Shown here: one piece after another, positions 16,529 to 25,412 of the stretch
Layout of the letters: each line of letters starts with the position of its first letter
How positions within the stretch are numbered: position 1 is the first letter of the stretch
Source of the DNA: Acidimicrobiales bacterium
GTDB lineage: Bacteria; Actinomycetota; Acidimicrobiia; Acidimicrobiales; VFJN01
Direction: 5' to 3'
Assembly: GCA_036563745.1 (NCBI GenBank)
Contig: DATCLV010000514.1
Coordinates: forward strand, 1-27,961
DNA: 27,961 nucleotides
Program-made: the position numbers and the translations under genes
Notes under the pieces: model-generated
Told to the model about the DNA's origin: nothing
Databases searched by the model: none
The model's input: the letters and a program-made list of their open reading frames with translations, nothing else

Positions 16529-17368
16529 GTGGGTCGGATCGTGGTGACCGGGGCGTCGGGACGGCTGGGGCGGGCGGTGGCCGAACGGCTGCTCGACGCC
16601 GGGGAGGCCCCGATCCTCGTGACCCGCCGACCCGCCGCCCTCGCCGACCTGGCCGCCCGGGGCGCGGCGGTGCGGCCCGGCGACTTCGACGACCCGGCCG
16701 GCCTCGCCCGGGCCTTCGCCGGCGGCGAGCGGCTGCTGCTGATCAGCACCGACGCCCTCGACCGCCGGGTCGCCCAGCACCGGGCCGCGATCGACGCCGC
16801 CGTCGCCGCCGGGGTCCGGCACCTCGTGTACACGTCGCTGTCGGACCCCGTGCCCGGCCACCCGGTCGCCGAGGTCACCGACGCCCACCGGCACACCGAG
16901 GCGGCGCTGCGGGCCCTCGGCCCGGCGATCCGGTGGACGATCCTGCGCAACGCCACCTACGCCGACGCCCTCGTCCCGCTCTGGCGCCGGGCCTCCGCCG
17001 AGGGCCGGCTGGTCACCAACCTCGGCCACGGCACGACCGCCTGGGTGGCCCGCGCCGACTGCGCCGCCGTCGCCGCCGCCGTGCTGACCACCGACGGCCA
17101 CGACCACACCGTGCACGACATCACCGGTCCCGAGCGCCTGGGGGCCGAGGACCTCGCCCGGCTCCTCGGCGTCCCGGTCGTCCCCGTGACCGACGAGGAG
17201 ATGACCGCCCACCTCGTCGCGCAGGGCCTCGCCCCCGCCCGCGCCGAGCTCGTCGCCACCTGGCACCGCGCCATCCGCGAGGGCCACTTCGCCCCCTGCA
17301 CCACCACCGTCGAGGACCTCACCGGCCACCCCGCCACCACGGTCGCCGCCCTCCTCGCCGACGCCTGA
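16529..17368 (+). CDS. NmrA-like NAD(P)-binding protein (YtfG/QOR2-type atypical SDR)
   Basis: IVVTGASGRLG, RPGDFDDPAGL..AF.G.ERLLLIST, RVAQHRAAIDAA..AGVRHLVYTS, WTILRN, VARADCA. Confidence 0.88.
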   Translation: MGRIVVTGASGRLGRAVAERLLDAGEAPILVTRRPAALADLAARGAAVRPGDFDDPAGLARAFAGGERLLLISTDALDRRVAQHRAAIDAAVAAGVRHLVYTSLSDPVPGHPVAEVTDAHRHTEAALRALGPAIRWTILRNATYADALVPLWRRASAEGRLVTNLGHGTTAWVARADCAAVAAAVLTTDGHDHTVHDITGPERLGAEDLARLLGVPVVPVTDEEMTAHLVAQGLAPARAELVATWHRAIREGHFAPCTTTVEDLTGHPATTVAALLADA

Positions 17369-17440
17369 ACACCGACGGCCCATCGCGAGAGGTGCCCACT
17401 CGACCTGGGGCCGATCGGCGGGTGGTTACGCTCCGGGCGC

Positions 17441-17656
17441 ATGGACCTCATCGAGCACGCGACGACCGAGAAGCTGACCCGGGAGGCGGCGGCCGAGCGG
17501 CTGCGGGCGCTGGCCGACCAGCTGTCCCGGCACAACGAGGTCGCCTTCACCCGCGACGGCCTGCAGTACCGGGTGGACGTCCCCAAGGAGGTCGAGCTCA
17601 CCATCGAGGTCGAGACCGGCGAGGAGTCGGAGATCGAGGTCGAGATCAAGTGGTGA
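17441..17656 (+). CDS. Amphi-Trp domain protein
   Basis: 71 aa; TREAAAERLRALADQL, VDVPKEVELTIEVE, ends EIEVEIKW (terminal Trp). Confidence 0.85.
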   Translation: MDLIEHATTEKLTREAAAERLRALADQLSRHNEVAFTRDGLQYRVDVPKEVELTIEVETGEESEIEVEIKW

Positions 17657-17657
17657 C

Positions 17658-17687
17658 GTCCCGGCCGTGACGCGGCACGGCCGGGAC
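17658..17687. terminator. GC-rich hairpin between convergent amphi-Trp and PepSY genes
   Basis: GTCCCGGCCGTG-ACGCGG-CACGGCCGGGAC, perfect 12-bp stem starting 2 nt after the TGA. Confidence 0.7.
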
Positions 17688-17736
17688 ACCCGGAGGCGTC
17701 CCGGCCGGTAGCCGCGGCGGTGCGGGGATCAGGCGG

Positions 17737-18141
17737 TCAGTCGTCGTCCCAGTCGTCGTCATCGCGGTCGTCGACGTCGTCCCAGTCGTCGTCGTTCGGG
17801 CCGTCGTCGTCGGGGCCGTCGTTGTGGCTCGACACCACGGCGAACGACTCGTCGAGGTGGACGTCGACCTCCGAGCCGTCGTCGAGGGTGACCTCGACCT
17901 CGTAGCCCGGCCGGCCGTCGTCCTCGGCCTCGGCCTCGGTCACCCGGCCGCCGCCGGCCTCCTCGATGGCGGCGGCGCTGGCCTTCTCCAGCGTCTCGCC
18001 CTCGAGCTCGATCTCGACGTCGCGGCCGTTGGCCCCGTTGCCGTTGCCGTCGTCGCTCTGGGCGGCGGCCACGCCGGCGCCTGCGGCGACGAGCGCCAGC
18101 GCTGCGGCGCCTCCGGCGATCCAGCGGGTCCTGCGGTTCAT
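17737..18141 (-). CDS. Secreted PepSY-domain protein with Asp-rich tail
   Basis: Signal peptide MNRRTRWIAGGAAALALVAAGAGVAAA; KASAAAIEEAGGGRVTEAE...GYEVEVTLDDGSEVDVHLDESF; start ATG 18141 with RBS GGAGGAA. Confidence 0.85.
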   Translation of the reverse strand: MNRRTRWIAGGAAALALVAAGAGVAAAQSDDGNGNGANGRDVEIELEGETLEKASAAAIEEAGGGRVTEAEAEDDGRPGYEVEVTLDDGSEVDVHLDESFAVVSSHNDGPDDDGPNDDDWDDVDDRDDDDWDDD

Positions 18142-18215
18142 CTGTTCCTCCTGGGGGATCTCGGGGGGAGCTGTCGTGCCCTCCCTGGGCACGCTCCCAC
18201 CGTCGCACCACGGCC

Positions 18216-18255
18216 CTGACACGACCCTGAAGGCGCTGACAGGACGCTGAAGGCC
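18216..18255. promoter_or_regulatory. Tandem OmpR-type direct-repeat binding sites upstream of the PepSY gene
   Basis: Two 20-bp units (17/20 identical): CTGACA-CGACC-CTGAAG and CTGACA-GGACG-CTGAAG; half-sites 11 bp apart. Confidence 0.7.
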
Positions 18256-18286
18256 CTGGTCAGGCGCAGGCGTCAGGTGGCGGCCG

Positions 18287-19720
18287 TCAGGCGTCGGAGC
18301 GGGCGGGCAGCCGGACCGTGAACCGGGCCCCGCCCAGGTCGGCCTCGCCGACCGTCACCGTGCCGCCGTGGGCGGTCACCAGCTCCCGGACGATCGCCAG
18401 GCCGAGGCCGCTGCCGCCACCGTCGCGGGCGCGGGCGTCGTCGAGCCGGACGAACCGCTCGAACACCCGCTCCCGCTCGCCGGCCGGGATGCCGGGACCG
18501 TCGTCGTCGACGGTGAGCACCACCTCGTCGCCGTCCTCGGCGAGCCCGAGCGCCACCCGCCCGGTGGCGTGCCGGGCGGCGTTGTCGACCAGGTTGCGGA
18601 CGACCCGCGCCAGGGCGTCGGGGTCGCACTCGACCGGGCCGGCCGACACGCCGGACGCGTCGACCCCCAGCGACGTGGTGGTGCGCAGGCGGCGGGCCTC
18701 CCCGAGCACGAGGTCGTCGAGGTCGACCGGGCGGCGCCGCAACCCGAGGGCGTGCTCGTCGGCCCGGACCAGCACCAGCTGGTCGTCGACCAGGCGCTGG
18801 AGGCGCAGCGCCTCGTCGAGCACCGTGCCGGCCAGGGCGTCGGTGGTGGTGCGGTCGGGGAACCGCTGCGCCACCTCGGCGTGCTGGCGGATCGACGCCA
18901 CCGGCGAGCGCAGCTCGTGGGCGGCGTCGGCGACGAACCGGCGCTGGCGGGCCTGCGCCGACGCCAGCCGGTCGAGCATCCGGTTCATGGTGGCCGCGAG
19001 GCGGGCGACCTCGTCGGTGCCCTCCGGGGCGGGCACACGGCGGTCGAGGTCGGAGGCCGACACGGCCTCGGCGGTGGCCCGGATCTCCTCGACGGGCCGG
19101 AGCGCCCGGCCCACCACCCGCCAGGTGGTGACCGCCACCACCAGCAGCAGCACGGGGAGACCGAGCGCCAGGAGCCGGGCGACGGTGGCGACCGGCTCGT
19201 CGACCTCCTCCAGGGTCGACGCCACCACGACCGTGCGGGGGCCCTCGGGGGTGTCGGCCGCGGCGGCCACGGCGAGGAACGACTCGTCCTCGTCGGGCAG
19301 CTCGACGGTCGCCGTCCCGCCAGGCTCCAGGCCGGGGGCGAGCACGACCTCCGGCCGGGGCGCGTCGGGCTCGTCGCCGTCGTCGCCGTCGTCGTCCTCG
19401 TCGTCCTCGTCGGCGTCGCCCTCGACCAGACCACGGCTCGACGCGACGACCCGCCCGTCGGCGTCGACGACCTGGGCCACGTTGTCGTCGTCGGTGCTGG
19501 CGAGGATCCCGGGCGAGCCGCCGGCCGCCAGCACCTCGGCGGCCGCCTCGGCATCCCGGCGGGTCGCCTGCTCGACCCCGTCGAGAAGCGAGATGCGCAG
19601 GGCGACGACCAGCCCCACGCCGCCGACGACCAGCGCCGCCGCCACCACGGCCACCGCGAGCCCGGTGGTCCGGGCCCTCACCGAGCCCGGTAGCACCCGG
19701 CGCCAGGCCCGCTCAGCCAC
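18287..19720 (-). CDS. Sensor histidine kinase (HAMP-HisKA-HATPase)
   Basis: Two TM helices, HAMP (ALRPVEEI...DEVARLAATMNRML), H-box FVADAAHELRSP, N-box NLVDNAARH, DDDGPGI, GGSGLGLAIV. GTG 19720 overlaps the regulator stop. Confidence 0.93.
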   Translation of the reverse strand: MAERAWRRVLPGSVRARTTGLAVAVVAAALVVGGVGLVVALRISLLDGVEQATRRDAEAAAEVLAAGGSPGILASTDDDNVAQVVDADGRVVASSRGLVEGDADEDDEDDDGDDGDEPDAPRPEVVLAPGLEPGGTATVELPDEDESFLAVAAAADTPEGPRTVVVASTLEEVDEPVATVARLLALGLPVLLLVVAVTTWRVVGRALRPVEEIRATAEAVSASDLDRRVPAPEGTDEVARLAATMNRMLDRLASAQARQRRFVADAAHELRSPVASIRQHAEVAQRFPDRTTTDALAGTVLDEALRLQRLVDDQLVLVRADEHALGLRRRPVDLDDLVLGEARRLRTTTSLGVDASGVSAGPVECDPDALARVVRNLVDNAARHATGRVALGLAEDGDEVVLTVDDDGPGIPAGERERVFERFVRLDDARARDGGGSGLGLAIVRELVTAHGGTVTVGEADLGGARFTVRLPARSDA

Positions 19721-20390
19721 CGTCGTCGGCCAGCCGGTAGCCCGAGCCCCGCGCCGTCTGGATCGAGCTCCGGCCGTAGGGGCGGTCGATCTTGTTGCGC
19801 AGCCGCCGGACGTACACCTCGACGATGTTCGGGTCACCCTCGAACTCGTCGTCCCACACGTGGTCGATCACCTCGCGCTTCGACACGACCTGCCCCTGCC
19901 GTCGCACCAGGTACTCGAGGACGGCCAGCTCGCGGGCGGTCAGCTCGATCTCGTCGTCGCCCCGCCACACCCGGCGGGCGGCGATGTCGACCCGGAGGTC
20001 GCCGGCCACCAGCGCCGCCGGCCGCCGCTGGGGCTCCCGGCGCAGCAGGGCGTGCAGGTGGGCGACCAGCACGTGGTGGGAGAACGGCTTCGTGAGGAAG
20101 TCGTCGGCGCCGCCGTCGAGGGCCTCGACCTCGTCCCACTCGCCGTCCTTGGCGGTGAGGATGAGGATCGGCGTCCAGATGCCCTCGTCGCGCAGGGTGG
20201 AGCACACCTTGAAGCCGCTCATGCCGGGGAGCATGAGGTCGAGGACGATCACGTCGTAGGTGACCTCGCGGGCGCGCCACAGCCCGTCGACCCCGGTGGC
20301 GGCGACGTCGACGGCGAAGCCCTCGGCCTCCAGGCCGAGCCGGATGCCCTCGGCCAGGGCCTCCTCGTCCTCGACGACCAGCACGCGCAC
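19713..20390 (-). CDS. OmpR/PhoB-family response regulator
   Basis: VLVVEDE, VLDLMLPG, PILILTA, GADDFLTKPF, LTARELAVLEYL, NIVEVYVRRLRNKID, IQTARGSGY; likely leaderless (TACCGT 7 nt before GTG 20390). Confidence 0.94.
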   Translation of the reverse strand: MRVLVVEDEEALAEGIRLGLEAEGFAVDVAATGVDGLWRAREVTYDVIVLDLMLPGMSGFKVCSTLRDEGIWTPILILTAKDGEWDEVEALDGGADDFLTKPFSHHVLVAHLHALLRREPQRRPAALVAGDLRVDIAARRVWRGDDEIELTARELAVLEYLVRRQGQVVSKREVIDHVWDDEFEGDPNIVEVYVRRLRNKIDRPYGRSSIQTARGSGYRLADDGG

Positions 20391-20434
20391 GGGGTGAACG
20401 GTACGCCGCACCCGGTCGTTTGGGCGGGAGGCGG

Positions 20435-20451
20435 TTTCAGCGTCGTGTCAG
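20435..20451 (-). promoter_or_regulatory. Direct-repeat site upstream of the response regulator (autoregulation candidate)
   Basis: Minus strand CTGACA-CGACG-CTGAAA, 15/17 identical to the first PepSY-promoter site; overlaps the hrpA stop codon. Confidence 0.65.
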
Positions 20452-23400
20452 CCGAGCGCGGCGATGGCGGTGGAGAGGCGGCGGGGGCTCACCGGCGTGG
20501 GCGTGCCGAGCTTCTGGGCGAACAGGCTCACCCGCAGCTCCTCCAGCAGCCAGCGGGCCTCCACCACGTCGTCGTCCGCCCGGCGGGCCGGGGGCAGCGC
20601 CTCGACGGCCTCGGCGTAGGCGTCCTCCAGCGACCGGACCGTGGCCATCAGCTCCCGGTCGCGGTCCGGCCGGTCGCGCAGCTTCCCGAGGCGCAGGCGG
20701 ATCGCCTCCAGGTAGCGGGCCAGGTCGGGGAGCCGGGCCAGGCCGGTCGCCGCCACGAACCCCGGGTAGACCAGGTCGCCCAGCTGCGACCGCATGTCGG
20801 CGTACGCCTCGGCCAACGCCGGCGGCGCCGACGCCAACCGCTGCTCCAGCGTCGCCGCCGCGGCCACGATCGCCGCCGCCTGCCCGGCCGCCGCCACCGC
20901 CAGCGGGGCCAGCCGCTCCCGGGCCGCCCGGCGCAGCCGCTCGAAGCCCTCGTCGTCCCAGGCCGGCCCGCCCCGGGCGGCGAGCAGCCGGTCGGCCGCC
21001 GCGGTCACGCAGTCGTCGGCCAGCGCCTCCTGCACGTCCCGCCGCACCTGCCCCGGGAACAGGGCGCGCACCCCGTCCTTCGGCGGCAGGTTCGTGGGCG
21101 CCTGCAGGCGGCGGACCACCTGCTGGCGGGCCTTCGGGGCAGCCAGGAGCAGCAGCCGCCGGGTGCCCGCCCACATCCACCGCGCCTGGGTGGCCGGCGT
21201 CGTGGCGATGCGGACCGCCACGGTCGCGCCCTCGTCGACCAGCGCCGGGTAGGCGACCACCTCGACGCCGCCGGCGTCGGCGGTGACCGTCCGGGGCAGC
21301 CCGCCCGCCGGCCACTCGGTGAGGCCCGAGCGCTCCAGGTGCCGGGGCGCCACGGCGGCGACGGCCCGGCGGGCCCGGTCGGCCAGCGCCGCCGCCAGGG
21401 CGTCGAGGTCGCGGCCCGCCCCCACCACCCGGCCCTCGGCGTCCTCCACCTGGAACCGCATCCGCAGGTGCCGGGGCAGCTTGCCGAACGCGGCGTCCAG
21501 GTCGGCCGGCGCCACCCGCACGCCCGCCAGCGACGACAGGCGGCGGGCCAGCACCTCCGCCAGCGGCCCGTCGGCGGGCCCGATGCCGTCGAGCGCCTCC
21601 CGGGCCTTCTCGTGGGCGGGCGACAGCTCCCGCCGCACCGCCTTCGGCAGGCCCCGGATCAGCGCCGTGACCAGCTCCAGCCGGTGCCCGGGCACGTGCC
21701 AGTCGACGCCCGCCGAGGTCAGCCGGGGCAGCAGCACCAGCGGCACGTGCACGGTGACGCCGTCGTCGTCGGCGCCGGGCTCGAACACGTAGGACAGGTC
21801 GAGCACCAGGTCGTCGCCGGCGGACGAGGGCAGGGTCCAGGTGAGCGGGAACCCGCCGGTGTCGACGTCGTCGGCGTCGACGCCGAGCACGTCCTCCAGC
21901 GTGAACGTGAGCCGGTCCCGCTCGGCACGGGTGGCGCGACGCCACCACCGGTCGAACGCCCGGGTGGAGGCGACGTCGTCGGGCAGCCGCTCGGCGTAGA
22001 GCGCCGCCAGCCGCTCCTCGCTCACGACGAGGTCGGCGCGCCGGGTGCGGGCCTCCAACCCGCGGGCCTTGTCGAGCACCTGCCGGTTGGCCTCGGGGAA
22101 CGGGTAGCGGCCGTCGTCGTCCCAGTCCCCCTCGACGAGGGCGTGCTCGACGAACAGGTCGCGGGCGAGGTCGGGGTCGAGGCGCTCGACGGCGATCGAC
22201 CGGCGGGGCACGATCGGCAGGCCGTACAGCGTGACCTGCTCGTCGACCACGGCCTGGCCGCGGCGCCGGCTCCAGGTCGGCTCGCCGTAGGAGCGCTTGA
22301 CCAGGTGCTCGGCCAGCGGCTCGATCCACGACGGGTCGATGCGGGCGACCGTCCGGGCCCACAGGCGCCCGGTCTCGACCAGCTCGCCCGCCATCAGCCA
22401 CGCCGGCGACGACTTCGCCAGCGCCGAGCGCGACGCCACCTGGAACCGGGCCTGGCGGGCGCCCCGGTAGTCGCCCTTGACCCGGTCGTACATGCCGACG
22501 TGCGACAGCAGCCCGGCCAGCAGCGCCCGGTGGATGGCGTCGGGCGGCGCCGGGGTGGCGCCGTCGTTGCGGGGCAGCCGCAGGTCGCGGGCCACCTCCC
22601 GGAGCTGGCGGACGAGGTCCTGCCACTCGCGCACCCGCACGTAGTTGAGGTACTCGGCCCGGCACATCCGCCGGAACCCGTTGCCGGTCCGGGCCCGCTG
22701 CTCGGTGGTGAGGTGCTCCCACAGGCGCAGGTAGGCCAGGAAGTCGGAGCCCGGCACCCGGAACCGGGCGTGGAGCTGGTCGGCCTTCTGCTCCTCGTCG
22801 GTGGGGCGCTCCCGGGGGTCGAGGATCGACAGCCCCGCCACGATCACGATGACCTCCCGCAGGCAGCCGTTCTCGGCGGCGGCCAGCAGCATCCGCCCGA
22901 ACCGGGGGTCGACGGGGAGGCGGGCCATGCGGCGGCCGTCGCGGGTGAGGGTCAGCCGGTCCTGGTCGGGGACGAGCGCCCGCAGCTCGACCAGCAGCGC
23001 CACCGCGTCGCGCACCGCCCGGCGGTCGGGCGGGTCGATGAACGGGAACGACTCGACGTCGCCCAGCCCCAGCTCGGCCATCTGCAGGATGACCGACGCC
23101 AGGTTCGTGCGCAGGATCTCGGGCTCGGTGAACTCGGGCCGGGACTCGAAGTCCTCCTCGCTGTAGAGGCGGATCGCGATGCCCGGCGCCACGCGGCCGC
23201 AGCGGCCGGACCGCTGGTTGGCCGACGCCTGGCTCACCGGCTCGATCGGCAGGCGCTGCAGCTTGGTGCGCCGGTTGTAGCGGGAGATGCGGGCCGTGCC
23301 GGTGTCGACGACGTAGCGGACGCCGGGCACGGTGATCGACGTCTCGGCCACGTTGGTGGCCAGCACGATGCGCCGGCCCTTGTGCGGCTTGAACGCCCGC

Positions 23401-24194
23401 TGCTGCTCGGCCGCCGACAGCCGGGCGTAGAGCGGGAGGATCTCGGTGTTCGGCCGGTCGTCCTCGGCCAGGGCGCGGGCGGTGTCGTGGATCTCCCGCT
23501 GCCCGCTGAGGAACACGAGGATGTCGCCGGGGCCCTCCCGGGACAGCTCGTCGACCGCGGCCCGGATGGCGTCGACCTGGTCGCCCGACTCCGGTTCCCG
23601 GTAGCGGATCTCCACCGGGTAGGTCCGCCCCGACACCTCCACCACGGGGGCACCGAAGTGGCGGGCGAACCGGTCGGTGTCGATGGTGGCCGAGGTGACG
23701 ATCACCTTCAGGTCCGGCCGGCGGGGCAGCAGGTCGGTGAGGTAGCCGAGGAGGAAGTCGATGTTGAGGCTCCGCTCGTGGGCCTCGTCGACGATGATCG
23801 TGTCGTAGCGGCGCAGGTCGGGGTCGCTGCGCAGCTCGGCGAGCAGCACCCCGTCGGTCATGAGCTTGACCATCGTGCCGTCGCTCACCTGGTCGGTGAA
23901 CCGGACCTTGTAGCCGACGACGTCGCCCAGCTCGGTGTCGAGCTCCTCGGCGATCCGGGCCGCGACCGTCCGCGCCGCGAGCCGGCGCGGCTGGGTGTGG
24001 CCGATCATCCCCTCCCGGCCCCGGCCGAGCTCCAGGCAGAGCTTGGGGAGCTGCGTGCTCTTGCCCGACCCGGTCTCGCCGGCCACCACGACCACCTGGT
24101 GGTCGCGGATCGCGGCGAGCACGGTCTCCCGCTGTGCCGTGATCGGCAGGGCCTCGGGGTAGGTCAGCCGGAGACGGCGATCGTTCCCGGGCAC
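20448..24194 (-). CDS. hrpA: ATP-dependent RNA helicase HrpA
   Basis: GETGSGKSTQLPK, HTQPRRLAAR, DEAHERSLNIDFLLG, SAT, ATNVAETS.TVPG, SQASANQRSGRCGR, HA2, DUF1605/OB and DUF3418 C-terminus (RWLLEELRVSLFAQ.LGT..PVS). Likely leaderless (TAGCTT 24206-24201, 6 nt before GTG). Confidence 0.97.
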   Translation of the reverse strand: MPGNDRRLRLTYPEALPITAQRETVLAAIRDHQVVVVAGETGSGKSTQLPKLCLELGRGREGMIGHTQPRRLAARTVAARIAEELDTELGDVVGYKVRFTDQVSDGTMVKLMTDGVLLAELRSDPDLRRYDTIIVDEAHERSLNIDFLLGYLTDLLPRRPDLKVIVTSATIDTDRFARHFGAPVVEVSGRTYPVEIRYREPESGDQVDAIRAAVDELSREGPGDILVFLSGQREIHDTARALAEDDRPNTEILPLYARLSAAEQQRAFKPHKGRRIVLATNVAETSITVPGVRYVVDTGTARISRYNRRTKLQRLPIEPVSQASANQRSGRCGRVAPGIAIRLYSEEDFESRPEFTEPEILRTNLASVILQMAELGLGDVESFPFIDPPDRRAVRDAVALLVELRALVPDQDRLTLTRDGRRMARLPVDPRFGRMLLAAAENGCLREVIVIVAGLSILDPRERPTDEEQKADQLHARFRVPGSDFLAYLRLWEHLTTEQRARTGNGFRRMCRAEYLNYVRVREWQDLVRQLREVARDLRLPRNDGATPAPPDAIHRALLAGLLSHVGMYDRVKGDYRGARQARFQVASRSALAKSSPAWLMAGELVETGRLWARTVARIDPSWIEPLAEHLVKRSYGEPTWSRRRGQAVVDEQVTLYGLPIVPRRSIAVERLDPDLARDLFVEHALVEGDWDDDGRYPFPEANRQVLDKARGLEARTRRADLVVSEERLAALYAERLPDDVASTRAFDRWWRRATRAERDRLTFTLEDVLGVDADDVDTGGFPLTWTLPSSAGDDLVLDLSYVFEPGADDDGVTVHVPLVLLPRLTSAGVDWHVPGHRLELVTALIRGLPKAVRRELSPAHEKAREALDGIGPADGPLAEVLARRLSSLAGVRVAPADLDAAFGKLPRHLRMRFQVEDAEGRVVGAGRDLDALAAALADRARRAVAAVAPRHLERSGLTEWPAGGLPRTVTADAGGVEVVAYPALVDEGATVAVRIATTPATQARWMWAGTRRLLLLAAPKARQQVVRRLQAPTNLPPKDGVRALFPGQVRRDVQEALADDCVTAAADRLLAARGGPAWDDEGFERLRRAARERLAPLAVAAAGQAAAIVAAAATLEQRLASAPPALAEAYADMRSQLGDLVYPGFVAATGLARLPDLARYLEAIRLRLGKLRDRPDRDRELMATVRSLEDAYAEAVEALPPARRADDDVVEARWLLEELRVSLFAQKLGTPTPVSPRRLSTAIAALG

Positions 24195-24320
24195 CTCGCC
24201 AAGCTACCGGTCGCCTGTGGGGGCCCGAAGCGGTTTCCGGCGCTCCGGCGGGGCCGCTCGGCGGCGGCGCCGCGGCCCGTGCCGCCGGGCGCCGGGCCGG
24301 GCCGTCGGGCCGTCGGGCGC

Positions 24321-25412
24321 CTACCGCGGGACGAACACCCCGTGCAGCGGCGGCGGGTCGCCCGACGCGCCGGCCATCGTCAGCAGCAGGTCGCCGACGT
24401 CCGCGAACCCGGCCGTGCGCCGCGGGATGCGGGCGGCGGGGAACGTGCCCGTGACCAGCAGGTCCAGCGCCCGCTCGTGGGCGGCGGTGCTGACCCCGCT
24501 GGCGCCCTGCAGGCGCAGGCCCCGGTTGACGATCAGGTCGGGGGCGAAGGTGAGGGTCACCTCGCCGCCCCGGACGCCGGCGACGACCACCCGCCCGCCC
24601 TTGCCGGCGAGCGCGACGGCCTGGGCGAACGCGGTGGGCGCCTTGGCGGTCACGTCGACGACCACGTCGGCCAGGCCGCCGGTGGCGTCCTGCAGGGCGG
24701 CGACCGGGTCGTCGCGGGCCACGTCGACGGCGAGGTCGGCACCCAGCTCCCGGGCCAGCTCCAGCCGGGGCAGGTCGTGGGGGCCGACGCCGGTCACCAT
24801 GACGAACCCCGCCCCCGCCGCCTTGGCGGCCGCCACCGCGGCGATGCCCCGGATGCCGGGGCCGAGGACGGCCACCACGTCGCCGGGGCCGGTGCCGGGG
24901 ATCTCCACGCCCCAGCACACGCCGGCGCCCAGCGGGTTGAACAGGGCGGCGTCGACCGGGTCGAGGTCGGGCGGCAGCTTGTGCACCACCGACCGGGGGC
25001 CCAGGTAGTGGTGGGTGGCGTAGCCGCCCCACAGGCCCGGGGCCCGGTCGACGGGCGTGAGGCCGTAGGGCAGGCCGTCGTAGTCGGCGCAGGCGGCCAG
25101 CTCGCCCCGGCGGCACGGCTCGCACTCGCGGCACGCCGGCCGGGGCGCGACGGTCACCCGGTCACCGGCGGCGACGCCCCACCGGGCGGCGGCCACGGGC
25201 CCGATGGCCTCGATGACGCCGACGGTCTCGTGGCCGGGCACGAACCCGGGCGGCCAGGGCAGGTCGCCGGTGTAGAGCTCGTGGTCGGTGCCGCACAGGC
25301 CGCAGGCCTCGACCCGGAGGACGGCGTCGTCCTCCCCCACCGCGGGGAGGGGCAGCTCCCGAGCGACGAGCCGCCGCGGCGCCTCCAGCACGAGGGCGGT
25401 GGCGGCGCTCAT
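24321..25412 (-). CDS. Zn-binding medium-chain dehydrogenase/reductase
   Basis: VEACGLCGTDH, PGHE, structural Zn CRECEPC..G...C, GPGIRG; ATG 25412 overlaps the upstream TGA (ATGA). Confidence 0.92.
   Translation of the reverse strand: MSAATALVLEAPRRLVARELPLPAVGEDDAVLRVEACGLCGTDHELYTGDLPWPPGFVPGHETVGVIEAIGPVAAARWGVAAGDRVTVAPRPACRECEPCRRGELAACADYDGLPYGLTPVDRAPGLWGGYATHHYLGPRSVVHKLPPDLDPVDAALFNPLGAGVCWGVEIPGTGPGDVVAVLGPGIRGIAAVAAAKAAGAGFVMVTGVGPHDLPRLELARELGADLAVDVARDDPVAALQDATGGLADVVVDVTAKAPTAFAQAVALAGKGGRVVVAGVRGGEVTLTFAPDLIVNRGLRLQGASGVSTAAHERALDLLVTGTFPAARIPRRTAGFADVGDLLLTMAGASGDPPPLHGVFVPR

Noticed and set aside
14846-17383. 845-aa minus ORF
   Set aside because: Only the last 144 codons (DUF35 protein, 15280-14846) are real; the rest is off-frame to the thiolase and antisense to the NmrA-like gene.
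24199-24206. CCAAGC half-site upstream of hrpA as a seventh operator
   Set aside because: Only one half-site; fully explained by the minus-strand -10 TAGCTT of a leaderless promoter.
20437-25134. 1565-aa Arg/Pro/Gly-rich minus ORF and similar long ORFs (1143-3686, 2168-3859, 3008-5023, 5031-7034, 5693-7414, 9193-11577, 15208-17670)
   Set aside because: Alternative-frame or antisense read-throughs of real genes, with the composition typical of GC-rich off-frames.
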